From: Octopus sinensis
Taxonomy: Eukaryota
Reading direction: 5' to 3'
Assembly (NCBI RefSeq): GCF_006345805.1
Contig: NW_021833420.1
Location: forward strand, 1 to 64,000
Length of the DNA: 64,000 nucleotides
Below, piece by piece: positions 1 to 12,489 of the stretch. How positions within the stretch are numbered: the first letter of the stretch is position 1; every line of letters starts with the position of its first letter. Under the pieces are notes generated by a model that was given only the letters and a program-made list of their open reading frames with translations, had not been told where the DNA came from and searched no databases. A program made the position numbers and the translations under genes.

Positions 1-340
1 ATGTGCTGAGAGGAATTCTTTGGAGTTTGAATAATTCACCTTTGGAAACATGGGTGTTTCGTTCAACATCCTTAAACGACCCTTATTCAGGGACCGTTTG
101 AGCAGGATGGGTTACTCAACCAGAAGAAAATTCTAACTGGGCCCCACCTGCAAGGTCATGTGCTGTTTATCTTGATATGAGATCACCATGTCGTGCACAT
201 GTGGTTGTGATGCATGTGCCTGGTGTACCCTTATCAGCCGGGTAGTCATGATGGGTATACTGGGCTTCATGTATTTGTACCGCAGCACCATTTTGATGGA
301 GAGCGATGCTGTCTCACTCAATACTATTACTAATAATAAA
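1..340 (+). repeat. 3' part of an unclassified ~540-bp interspersed repeat with degenerate (AAT)n tail
   Basis: Reverse-complement similarity to 32773-33223 and 35575-36112; ends ...ctcactc aatactattactaataataaa. Confidence 0.8.
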
Positions 341-564
341 GCAAAAGAATTGTGGTAGATGTTTATAGTTGCTCACAGCAAAAAGTAATGACAAAAATCA
401 TCTATTCCCATATACATACACACGCGCGCGCACACACAACACATACAGAGACACATACATATATGTTCACGCACGCACACACAGACAAACACTCGTAAAC
501 ATTCCCACACACATATGTATATATATTCACATCCATACACACACACACACACATACACACACAT

Positions 565-622
<58 letters not shown>

Positions 623-817
623 ATTAAATCTCCAAATTTACCACAAAACCCGTCACTCAGAGTTTCACGTTCTCGTTCGTCGGGCAGTTGTTATGACAGG
701 AACGTGAAAATCTGAGTAATAGTTTTTCTGATAATTTTCAGCTTTAAAAAAACATATTACTAAACCTTTGGAATTCGAGTACTATTTTTCGACCTTGTTT
801 TCCACCTATGTTCTCAC

Positions 818-849
<32 letters not shown>

Positions 850-919
850 TGTGTGTGTGTGTGTGTGTGTCTGTGTGTGTGTCTGTCTGTGTGTGTGTGT
901 GTGTGTGTATGTGTGTGTG

Positions 920-2197
920 TTGGGTCATCACTTAAATAATGCGTTTATACTTCTTTTATTTTTCAAAATTTAGATAAACAAAGATTTTTTAAAATCTAAA
1001 ATATATTCTCCTTCATTTCCCACAATGTTCTTCCGTCTATTCGCTGGACATGCAAAGTACCCTCTTCCAAAATTCACTTGTCCGTGACGAAAAATACTCC
1101 TCCAATACTGTTCTAACCTCTACCTTAGAAGTCATATTGTTTCCATCCAAATGATTTTGAAGATTGCAGAATAAATGATAATCAGATGAGGCAATGTCCT
1201 GCGAATATCGTGGGTGGGACATCGTTTCCCATTCAAACTGCTCCAGCCTTTGGAATGCCATCTTCTCTGTATGTGGCCGAGTATTACCCTGATGGAATAA
1301 TACCTTTCGTTTGGAATCATAGACAGTTGTTTTTCTTCTATCGCTGACTTAAGCCGTTCAAACTGCCCGCAGTAGATGTCTTTGTTATCGTTTGTTTGGG
1401 GTTTAAAAGTTTCAAGTAGACTAAATCATACTTATCCTACCAAACAGATAACACTTTCCGTGGGTGAAGACTTTTTTTGCCTGGGTGCCGATCTTTCTCC
1501 TTTCCGTACCCACTGTCTTCGGCGCTTGACATTTTAGTAGAGAACCCATGTTTCGTCATCAGTTACTATTTCGTCCAAAAAAATGTTCATTCGTGAGATG
1601 TGACAGCAGAGAATTGCACACATTCACTCTCTGTGCACGATTAGACTCGGAAAGTTTATGAGAAACACTTTGACCAAATTTGTTGGTTTTTGTCGATGAA
1701 TGCTTGAATAACCAAATCCAAGCTTTGCTGCTAGTTCCTCAACAGTTACGATGAGATTTTGTTCCACAAGGGTTTCCAGGAGGTCCTCCTCGAGCTCTAC
1801 GTATCTTCCAGGATGAGGCACGCCTTCTAGGCTGTAGTTTGGGCTCGGAACTACTATTGACATTGGCTTGCCCTTATTATCATTGACACTGGCTACCCCT
1901 TATTGTCCGATCCCCATAAAATGCATTAATATTCCTCGTAATTTCCATTGCGCTGATGCCTTTATTGAATTCATAAAACGAAATATGCCGAATATGCTCC
2001 TTTGTCACTTCCATTATAGCTTTGAAAAAATAACTGTTAAAACCGAACTGAACTCTTCAAAACTTGTATTAGGAATAAGTACAAGATAAAATTACTACCT
2101 GCTTTTATAACAAGTTGATGCAGGTAGTTTATCCCGTCCCCCTCCGACTTTCAGTTCATGCAATTGAAAAAGCCGCATTATTTACCAGATGATCCTA
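920..2197 (-). mobile_element. Mariner element, degenerate transposase
   Basis: TIRs ttgggtcatcacttaaataatgcg / cgcattatttaccagatgatccta. Minus-strand HPRYSQDIASSDYHLF (YSPDLAP..D motif) and HPGRYVELEEDLLETLVEQN (HTH). About 1.28 kb. Confidence 0.88.
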
Positions 2198-2204
2198 TAT
2201 ATAT

Positions 2205-2263
<59 letters not shown>

Positions 2264-2268
2264 CAGAT

Positions 2269-3060
2269 ACAAGTTTTCCCTAAAACTTATTCACTTATTG
2301 ATGTTTATAAAACCAGTATTTATTAAAATACATTTTTTTAAAAAATGTAATAGAAACGATTTGTTTGATGTATGCCTATTTCAAACTGATTTATTCTGGT
2401 CTAGCCCCAAGAAATGGAGTCGCAAACATCAAGGAACGTTTCACTCGTTATTTCAGGGTATTCTCGTTCTATAGGTGTCCGCCAATTCGTCGTCTGTTGC
2501 CGACTTTGTACAGTAAACTTTATTATCCCCATAAAACATTCGAGTGTTGTGAAGTCCGGTGGCAAAATCTGAAGGTAGGCCTTTAGATTACTATATTAGT
2601 GCTTGTGAGAAGTACCACATCTTGGAAGTAAAGCTCCAAATTTTGGAAGTCCTCTTGAATGCTTGATATAACAGAGTGTTGCATCAGTTTCAAGTAAGTA
2701 GGACAAGTAAAAAAATAACGGTCCAGTTTGCGAACAAAACCTACCATACTGTAAACACCCGGTAAATTAACATGATTTTCTTCCGAAATATGTGAATTTT
2801 CAGGTCTGCAGTACATGTTGTTGTGTCAGTTGATTGAACTATTTGGTTTAAAAGTAGTCTCATCACTCTAAACTTTCTTGGAAAGTGTGCATTTTCTGAA
2901 CGTCTTGCCAAGCACCACTCGCAAAACTCCACTTTTCGGATGGAATCATTTTCAGTGTGAGATTGGACTGTGGTTGGAATGTAACTTTTCCAATAGCAGT
3001 GCTTCAAATGCGAAAGACGCTTGATTATGAGATTTCTAATTCAAGTTACACTTGTCGCAG
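2269..3060 (-). mobile_element. Tc1/mariner (DUF4817-HTH type) fragment
   Basis: KHCYWK..., ...RKVEFCEWCL, NHVNLPGV fragments; similar to 9649-10826. Confidence 0.7.
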
Positions 3061-3564
3061 GTTTTCTGGAATACTGACAATAAGTTACTAGTACCCGTTC
3101 ACGTTTTGCGGGACACGACAATGTCTGCGGTCTTCCCGATCTTTTATTCTGGACAATCTGAAAAGTACTATCTGCTCTAAGAATTATTTCTAATTCGAGA
3201 GATGGTTAGTTTCGAAGACGGATCTGACTAAAGCTTCCTCTTAAGCTGGTTGTACTTCGACTGTAATATATATGTAATATACGTATATATGTATATGTAT
3301 ATATAATATTCGCATGAATGCATTTTGATTTGCAACCTTTCTTTTTCTTTGAGTCTTTTTTTTTATCGCCTAGGTTTTACACTCTCCCCGGACAAAATTA
3401 CCTCTCTAATTTTAGGGCCTTAATTTGGGTGTCTTATAAATACTTTTATTCTCATTCTAACAATGTCTTCAACGCGAATTGTTCTCTTTCTGTTTTGTTT
3501 CCCGATTTTGTCAATCAATTATCTCTTATACTAATTTTATACACCTAATCACCGGTTTAATACG

Positions 3565-3612
<48 letters not shown>

Positions 3613-3979
3613 ATATGTATGCATGTATATGTATATATATAAATTTCCTTAATGTCTTTATTTTTCTTGATAGATTCTTTTAAAACCAATCCCCATTCAT
3701 ACTTTGTAAAAGTTGTAAAAGTACTCATCGTCGATAAATATGTTTTAATTATTTCCCTTTCATCAAAACTATTACATTTTCTGAAACACTGCTTTATTCC
3801 GTTTTTTCTTCAATAATTTATGTCAAATTAATGTTGACACTTGTTTCTGCTTTATATTCCTTAGTATTTTAGGTTTTCTAGTGTGAATTTCATTTCCCTC
3901 AGTTTTCATTTATTACTCACCCAATAAGTGTTGATTTCTTTACTGAATTTATCATTATTTGCTTTTTGCTATGAAAGAG

Positions 3980-4400
3980 GTCATCTTATTGGAACTGACT
4001 GTGTCTTGAGGAAAGAAGATATTTCAGGCGCAAGAGATGCGAGGGGTTACGTACCAATAATTTAGAGATGACTATCCCAAGAATAGGTGGAGGGCAAGGT
4101 GTGTGCCACGGGAGATGGATAGTCGAGGATTCATAGATCTCTCCTTCAGTAGGTCCTACAAGCATGTGGGTATTACAGGAATGCGTAAAAGAGCCTCCAA
4201 GAACAGCGTAGTATCTGCTGAGGCATCTAGATAGCTCTGATTGAGTTCGAAAACGCTGCTTGAACACAAGCCTAGGCTTGTTCAATCTAGGTCAAGTATC
4301 CTGGCTGAAGTTGCATGTTGTAAGACCTGAAGCAACTTGTGACCCCATAACTAAATTCTGACGATGTGTCCAGGTATTGCATTTATAAATGTATGTGAAA
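3980..4400 (-). mobile_element. Probable Penelope-like GIY-YIG endonuclease remnant
   Basis: Very degenerate CxT.xH...TC.S, RF.., PVA.. segments across frames. Confidence 0.35.
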
Positions 4401-4482
4401 TTGCGCTCACTTCTTTCTGTAATAAGTTAAGTTGTTTTTTTTAACTACTTCCTTGTTATTTATCAATATGTATGTCTAAAGT

Positions 4483-5126
4483 AGGGCGGCGAGCTGGTAG
4501 AAACGTTAGCACGCCAGGCGAAATTTCACGTCTTGTGCCTATTGTCGAAAGGATTAATATTTTTATATTGGCAGAATCGTTAGCACGCCGGGCGAAATGC
4601 GTAGCCGTATTTCGTTTCCCGCTACGTTCTGAGTTCAAATTCCGCCGAGGTCGACTTTGTCTTTCATCCTTTCGGGGTCGATTAAATAATATACCAGTTA
4701 CGCACTGGTGTCCATGTAACCGACTTAATCCGTTTGTCTGTCCTTGTTTGTCCTCTCTGTGTTTAGCCCCTTGTGGGTAGTAAAGAAATAGGTATTTCGT
4801 CTCCCGCTACGATCTGAGTTCAAATTCCGCCGAGGTCAACTTTGCCTTTCATCCTTTCGGGGTCGATAAATTAAGTACCAGTTACGCACTGGGGTCGATA
4901 TAATCGACTTAATCCGTTTGTCTGTCCTTGTTTGTCCTGTCTGTGTTTAGCCTCTTGTGGGTACTAAAGAAATGGGTATTTAGACTGTCTTTACGTTCTG
5001 AATTCAAATTCCGTCGAGGTCGACTTTGCCTTCCACCCTTTCGGGGTCGATAAATTAAGTACTGGGGTAAATCAAATCGACTGGGCTCCTCCCCAAAAAT
5101 TTCGGGCCCAAAATTTCGAGTAGAAA
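4483..5126 (+). mobile_element. tRNA-derived SINE family A, multimeric array
   Basis: Head ggcggcgagctggtagaaacgttagcacgcc; B-box-like gagttcaaattcc repeated 3 times; body cctttcatcctttcggggtcgata repeated 3 times. Confidence 0.85.
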
Positions 5127-5693
5127 AGAATATGTATATCTAAACTATTTCATTTATGAACTCTAGATCCCACACAGTATTGTTCTTTTTCTCTTAGTCA
5201 ACCTTTTTACTGTTCTTTTTCTTAATGAATTTACTTCTCTATTTTCGAAGCCATACATTATTTTATATGAATATGTAACTTTGTTTAGAAATTAATCAAG
5301 TTCCATTGTCTGTCATATGTATCAGGGTGACCTTTCTCCATTATCATTTATACACTAAATTATCAATATTCATTCGCATGCTCGATTAATTTCATACGTG
5401 TTTCACAACGGTTTCTATATTTACTTAATTATCTGTAGTGAGTATGTATGTCCAGGCCTGTCTACACATTTGCATATGCTGATGTATACACACTCACATA
5501 TGTATGTTTAACATTTATGTGTGAGTGTGTGGGCGTGTATGATTGTATGTGTACGTGTACTTCTTCGTATATAGTGTAGCGGGTATCTATTTATCTATTA
5601 ATCCCCCTCTGTATGTATGTATGCATGTATGTATGTATGTATGTAAGTATGTATGTATTTATGTATGTATGCATATATATATATGTATATATA

Positions 5694-5735
<42 letters not shown>

Positions 5736-5753
5736 TATATATACACATACATA

Positions 5754-6916
5754 CAGGGGTTGATCAAAATAACGGAAACACCTAGCATCATAGCATCATA
5801 ATTTTGAAATATCTATAAAACTATCACAACCTTGTTTATTTTTATGTTTTTTTTATTAATTATTAGTGTTGCTTAATATATTTTGCTAAGATTACTGTTT
5901 CGTTTCAGATATCATCAGAAAAAGGTAATTAAAATTCATTAAAATGACAGATCTATCGGACTTTCAAAGAGGTCAAATTGTTGGTGCTCGTATGGCAGGC
6001 GCTAGCGTAACAAAAACAACCGAAATGTTTGGTGTATCAAGAAGTACTGTCTCGAAAGTAATGACAGCCTTTGGGAAAGAGGGAAAAACTCCTCGTCGAA
6101 ACAAAACTCCGGAAGAAAACCAAAACTTTCAGATAGGGACCGTCGGACTCTTACGCGAATTGTTAGAAAGGATCACAAAAGTACAGCTCCCAAAATTACT
6201 GCAGAGCTTAATGACCACCTCGAGAACCCAGTTTCCACAAAAACTGTTCACCGGGAGCTGCACAAAGCCGGATTTCACGGGAGGGCTGCAATCAGAAAAC
6301 CACTACTTTCAAAAACAAACGTTGCAAAGCGTTTAGAGTGGAGTAAAAACCTACAGAATTGGTCCCTAGAGCAGTGGAAGAATGTTATTTTCTCGGACGA
6401 GTCATCCTTTACTTTATTTCCGACCACCGGCCGAGTATACGTGTGGAGACAGCCAAAAGAAGCATTTGACCCAGACTGCCTTCTTCCAACTGTTAAACAT
6501 GGAGGAGGATCTGTGATGATTCGGTGGGCTATGTCTTGGAAATCCTTCCGGAGGTAAACGAAATATTTCAGTATGATAGTGCACCAATTCACACAGCTAA
6601 AGTTGTTACTGAATGGCATGAGGAACATTCTAGGGAAGTTGAACATCTTATCTGGCCACCACAGTCCCCAGATCTCAATATTATTGAACATTTATGGTCC
6701 ATTTAAGAAAAACAAGTAAGGAGTCGATATCCTCCACCATCAAGACTGTTTTAGCTGAAGAATGGACAAAAATTCCTTTGGAAACAATTCAAACTTTGTA
6801 CGAGTCCATACCACATAGAATCCAAGCTGTAATTACTGCCAAAGGCGGTCCTACCTCATATTAAAATAAATTTGTTTCAAATTTTAAGGTGTTTCCATTA
6901 TTTTGTCCAACCCCTG
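5754..6916 (+). mobile_element. Tc1-like element, frameshifted and internally deleted transposase
   Basis: TIRs caggggttgatcaaaataacggaaacacct / aggtgtttccattattttgtccaacccctg, TA on the left. MTDLSDFQRGQIVGAR, VIFSDES, FQYDSAPIH, WPPQSPDLNIIEHLW. Confidence 0.93.
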
Positions 6917-6924
6917 TGTATATA

Positions 6925-7435
6925 CAGGGTAGGTGAAAAGTAAGTAGGCATTAAAATTGGTAATAAAATCCTTATTCCTTTTACAAATTTATTGAAACAA
7001 ATTATACGGTCTTTATTACATGGGGAAATGAAACTATATCTTCATATTTCTACGTAAGCACCGGTGGCGTCAACCTGTTTGCTCAAACGGCCAGAGATGG
7101 AATGAACAACCTTCTGTAGGACGTCGTCTGGGATATCATTGAATCTCCAGAATCCGTGTCTCCAAACCTTCCAGCGTGCGAGGTTTTGTCTTGTATTGTC
7201 TTGTACACCTTTTTTGTGTAACCCCACAGGCAAAAATCACAAGGCGTGAGATCTGGATTTCTTTAGCCCCTGCACGTAATGGGGTTTCTACGGGCGAAAA
7301 TTGAATTCTTTATTCAACACCGTATGTATTGTGTATTTTGTCAGTCTACTTTCACGAGCTGCTTGACGCGTTGATTTTAGTAACAAATAATTCTGTAAGT
7401 AACTTCTAATGCCTACTTACTTTCCACCAACCTTG
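6925..7435 (-). mobile_element. Tc1/mariner internal-deletion derivative (MITE-like, 511 bp)
   Basis: TA-flanked TIRs cagggtaggtgaaaagtaagtaggcatta / taatgcctacttactttccaccaaccttg. Retains a PDLTPCDF.LWG transposase C-terminus. Confidence 0.82.
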
Positions 7436-7451
7436 TATACACACATATAAA

Positions 7452-9218
7452 AAGGTAAAGAGTAAAGTCCTCCTTCGGTCATGAATAACGATGGGATTGC
7501 ACCTAGAAAATTCCCCTGTCAGGCACAAGTTTGGGCAAGGTTATTTATAGAAGGCCTGCAGTCGCCATGTATACCAGTCTCCTCTCTTTACGCCACCGAT
7601 GCTATCCAAGAGAAAGACAAAAGCTAATACAGATTGACACCAGTGACGTCGCAACTCATTTCTACAGCTGAGTGAACTGGAGTAATGTGAAATAAATTGT
7701 TTCACCACCTCCTGGTTGCGAGCCCGACGCTCTAAACCAGGGGTATCAAACATATGGCCCGAAAACCGGAACCAGCACGCTGCAGGGTTTCATCCGGCCC
7801 GCGAGAAGACTTTGGAAAGTGTAAAAATTATATATTTAGTTACTTATTATTGTGAATGTTGATTGTTTGAGTATGACTGATGATAGAGTCAATGATTCAA
7901 TTTCTAATAGAATAATTCCCTTCGATTAATATAAACTTGTTGAAACAAATATATTTTTAAATAATTAATTCAAAAAGGAGAAAAGTGGATACAGAGTATA
8001 GATTATTTCAAGAAAAGTGGTCCTTTTCCTATTTATTCGTGGAGGTGAATGGGAAAGCTGTGTACTTGGTGTATTCGCAACAGGTTTCAGTGCTCAAAGA
8101 ATATGACGTTGGGCGCCGCTATGAAACTCATCGTGCTGATAAATACAATAACTTGCAAGGACAAATGAGAAGAGAGAAGGTAAATATATTGTTAGCGGAT
8201 CTGAAGAAACAACAGCCTGCTTTAACCCAAAGTCGAGATATCAGTGAGGCAGCTGTAAAAGCTAGCTACCTTGTTGCATCAAAGCTGTACTGTGAGGATG
8301 AATTCGTGAAAATATACATACAGAAGGCTGCAGAAATTGTACGTCTTGAGAAGCAACAGACTTTTTCCATCCGAAATAGAAGTTTGAATCACCGTCAGTT
8401 TCACAATTTTCTGAGCTATATAGGCTTTATCTATGGCTTGCCATATCAAACCGAAGTAAGGTGGTTAAGCCGAGGTGACGTGTTGAAGCGTTCCTTTAAC
8501 CCACGAGAAAAAATTGAACAGTTCATGGAGAATAAGGGCAAACCAGTGTTAGATTTTCAATCACCAGAATGGCTGCAACATTTAGCATTTAACGAGGATA
8601 TTACAGAGCACTTGAATAATCTGAACAAAATGTTGCAAGGCCTTAAAGACGTTCTCACGCAGTATTTTGAAAGCATACGCGCCTTCAAGTGGAAGCTAAC
8701 TTTGTGGGAGACACAATTGTCAGGTGGTGACCCATTCATTTTCGTTGTCTAAAAGATGTGGTTGCGACCGCAGATAATGTTGACATGAATCGGTACAAAG
8801 ACAATATCACGGTATTGCTGCGAGGGTTTCAGCAACGGTTTAAGATTTTTGATGAACTTGAGACATATTTTACAGTATTTCGCTCACCATTTACAGTCAA
8901 CGCCTCTGATCTGCCCGTCAGCATCCAACTTGAAATGATTGACTTGCAGTGTGATTCAGATTTAAAGAACAAATTTATCTCGGTGGACTTGAGCACATTT
9001 TATCAGTATTTCTTGAAAAAATACCCCAAATTGACAGCCTTTGCTACGAAAGTTTAGTGCATATTTGGATCTACCTACCATTGTGAACAAGTTTTCTTTG
9101 TAATGAGCATCAATAAAACAAAACTGCACTCAACGACCACACATAAGCACCTAAATGACATCCTGAAGCTAAAATGAGTTTGACAACCCTGCTCTAACCA
9201 CTAAGTTATGCGCCTTCC
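7452..9218 (-). mobile_element. tRNA-derived SINE family C, split by a hAT insertion
   Basis: Head gaaggcgcataacttagtggttagag (9192-9218) continues as cgtcgggctcgcaacc (about 7730) once the hAT and one TSD copy are removed. Confidence 0.75.
7738..9191 (+). mobile_element. hAT (Charlie/SPIN-like) transposon, internally deleted
   Basis: TIRs caggggtatcaaac / gtttgacaaccctg; 8-bp TSD ctctaaac / ctctaacc. Transposase fragments FQEKWSFSYLF, TEVRWLSRG, DITEHLNNLNKMLQG, STYHCEQVF. Confidence 0.92.
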
Positions 9219-9648
9219 TAACTCTGTCTCCCACTCTCTTTCTCTCTCTCTCCCTCCCTATAGTATGTATTAATCTATTTATGCGTAAATGTGTGTATAA
9301 GACTCTGTGATTTTGTGTGTATGTGTGTGTTGAAGGACGGATAAATACGAAAATTGGCAGATGATCGATGAGTAGATTAAGAAATAGATAAGAGATGCAT
9401 AGATACATTTGTAGATAGATAAAAAGACATATGGATAGATACCATGACAAAAAAGTAGATAAAGATAGGTTCAGCGAAACATAGGTAGATATGATTAGAA
9501 AGATAAATACATAAAAAGTTTAGTAACGGATACATGCTTTAATGAGCTAATTTTATTGGTACCATAACTAAAATCATGAGAAGATAATGAAGATAAAACA
9601 GTAAGGTTTGTCAAGGTCTTTGAATATATTTTTGACTGTGTATATATA

Positions 9649-10826
9649 CAGCGTGTCCCAAAAAATGTATACACACTTTAAATAATTGTAAAATAAGTGT
9701 TTATTAAAATACAATTCATTTTCAAAGTTTAATAGAATCTACAGACATTATTGTATTTTTTGTCAACGCCCGATTTCAAACTGAGATCTGTTCTAGTCCA
9801 GGAACTGCTGACAACGCAAAGCAACGGAATCGCAAACATCACGAAACAATTCGTTTGGTATTTGTGTGCCTTCTCGTTCAATGGCTGCTCTCCAATCGAC
9901 GACTGTTGCAGGTTTCATAGCGTAGACTTTGTCTTTTAAAAAGTCTAGTGATGTGAGGTCTGGTGAATGGGAAGGGTATTCAACGAAACCCTTTCGTCAA
10001 ATCCACCTGTTTGGCAAGATCTCATCAAGGAAGGATCTAACATCGCGATGGTACTGTAGGGGTGCCCCATATTGCTGAAAATAAAACTCCTCATCTTGAA
10101 AGTCGTATCTAATACTTGGCATGACAGACTGTTGCAGCAAGTTCAAGGACCAATCACAGTAGCGTCAAAAAAGAATGGTCCAATTAATCCTCTTGATTGA
10201 TAAGCCACACCACACTGTAACTCTTGGTAAATTAACATGGTTTTCCACCATAACATGCGGATTTCCAGGTCCCCAGTAGGTGTAATTGAGGCGGTTAATT
10301 GAACCATATAATTTGAATGCGGCCTCATCACACCACGCAATCTTTGTTGGAAAGTGTGCCTCTTCTACATATCGTTCCAAGTACCACTCGCAATTTTGCA
10401 CTCTTTGGTCTGGATCATCGTCATTAATCGCCTGGACTAATCTTGGAACGTAACTTCTCCTTTGACAACGCTTCAAAATGCGTTGGACAGACGATTTTGG
10501 AATACCTGCTTCATGACTCGCTTGCCGCACAGATTTTCTTGGACTTTGGTGATGCGTTTCCAGTACTCCTTCTTGCTTTGTAGTGGTTGTTGATGTTCCA
10601 GCTTTTCTGGAACGCTTCTTGTGGACATTCTAAACAGTTCCATCAGCTTCAAACTTATCTCTAATTCGAGTGATGGCGAGTTGCATTGGCGGATCTGTTT
10701 GAAACTCCCTCCTAAACGGTCTTTGCACTTCAACTGCGTTTTCACACTTCCAGTAGCATTTTAGAATGAATTTCCTTTGTTCAAAGCTTATTCTGACTGC
10801 CATCATTAAATTTTTGGGACACCCTG
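9649..10826 (-). mobile_element. Tc1/mariner element with DUF4817-type HTH, degenerate
   Basis: TA-flanked TIRs cagcgtgtcccaaaaaat / atttttgggacaccctg. [29 protein letters not shown] fragments. Confidence 0.9.
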
Positions 10827-11195
10827 TATAAATATATATATATAAATACAGTATACATTTAAACACAAAAGAGGTATCCATCATAGGACTACCTGCATGT
10901 TAGAGAGAACAGTTAAATTCCAAACCACTATTAGGGATAAAATTTCGAATGGAATGAAAAATAAAAACATTTACCATCTAACTCCTGGACATATGGTTTC
11001 AGACTTTTTTTTACCTCTTTTGTGTTTAAATGTACACTGTATTTATATGAACAATATATAGTCTATTAACTAAATTTTTACACGCTAGGCCACTGGGAAT
11101 GGAAATTTCTAATATTTCAGATTACCCAATACATAATACAAAGAGGAGAGGAAGATAAACCAGATAAGTATCGTGTATATGTTATCGGGTATGTA

Positions 11196-12479
11196 TTAAC
11201 TAGGCAACTAAGTTCCCGCTTTATTTTTAAATTTTAAATTTTTTAAAGGTTTAATAAAAAATAACAACTAGTTAATCAATAATGTATTCATCCTTGTTGT
11301 TTACAACTTCTTCCCAACGTTCAACAAGATTTTCAACACCTCATTGGTAGAAATCACCCGATTTCGACTCGAAGATGGATCCAAGCTCTCACTTCTGCAT
11401 CAGTATTAAACGAAACTCCGCTCATCGCATTTAAAAGAGATCGAAAGAGGTGGAAATCCGTTGGTGCCAAATCAGGAGAGTACAGCGGGTGTGGCAGCAC
11501 TTCCCTGCCATGCGTTTGAATGGCTTCCTTGGTCATATTGGCGATATGAGAGTGGGTGTTGTCGTGCAGCAGAAGAACTCCATGCTGCCGATTAGGTCTT
11601 TTCTCTTGAATAGCCGTGTTGAGCCGTTCCATCTGTCGTTCCGCGTTGAGCGTTTGATTCCGTTCAAGCAATTCGTAACGGATAATCCCTTCCCAGTCCC
11701 ACCATACGTACAACATCGTTTTACGTGGATGAAGATCTTGTTTCAAGTTCGGTGTCGCTTGTTTACCGGGGCTAAGTCATTCCTTACGCTGCTTCATATT
11801 GATGTGCAGACACCATTTTTCGTCGCCAGTAGCGATTCGGTAAAGAAATTGTGGCTTGTGTCCATGAGTTGAGCGGTGACGAGCAAGCAAACCAGCGGAG
11901 ATTGTGGCTCGTTGATTTTTGCTGTTGTCACTTAAAGCATGCGGAACCCATACTCCATACTTCCCAACCTTTCCTATCAAGTGAAGATGCTTATCTATAG
12001 CAGTGTGGGAGCATTCCATTTCCTCTGCCAGTTCACTTGTCGTTTGACGAGAATTTTCGTGCAAAAGTTGGTTTAATCGCACTTCATCGAACTCAACTGG
12101 ACGGCGAGAACGAGGTGCGTCTTTGAGGTCAAAATTTCAGTTTTTGAACTTGGCATACCAATCACGAGCGGTTCTTTCAGTTATGGCACCCTCTCCATAC
12201 ATAGCACAAATGTCGCGAGCAGCTTTTACGGCCTTAGAACCCTGATTAAAAGCAAAAAGGAGGAGGTGTCGAAAATGCTCGTTTTTCTTAACTTGACATT
12301 CCATTTTGATGATCTGAAAATAAACAAAAATTAACTAAAATTAACTAGAAAAGAAAAACAAAATAGATTCCAAAATGATTCAAAAATAGAATTCTCGCAA
12401 AAGAAAATATATTCCACAATTTAAAAACGCAATAAATTCCAAAATTAAAAAAAACGGCGGGAACTTAGTTGCAACCCAA
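11196..12479 (-). mobile_element. Mariner element (D,D34D), few lesions
   Basis: TA-flanked TIRs ..gcaactaagttcccgc / gcgggaacttagttgcaacccaa. Transposase from ATG 12304 (MECQVKKNEHFRHLLLFAFNQG) with ATGDEKW, LLHDN, HPLYSPDLAPTDFHLF. Confidence 0.94.
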
Positions 12480-12489
12480 TAGCTATCCA

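Noticed and set aside
369-715. ORFs rich in HTHT, YIYI, CVCV, NNNN, IIII here and throughout (e.g. 22960-23497, 27169-27513, 60303-62275)
   Set aside because: Translations of (CA)n, (TA)n and (AAT)n microsatellites, which lack stops in some frames; not genes.
4483-4640. tRNA-like A/B boxes here and at 9192-9218, 23892 and 57098
   Set aside because: SINE heads without a complete cloverleaf; no tRNA or rRNA gene is supported.
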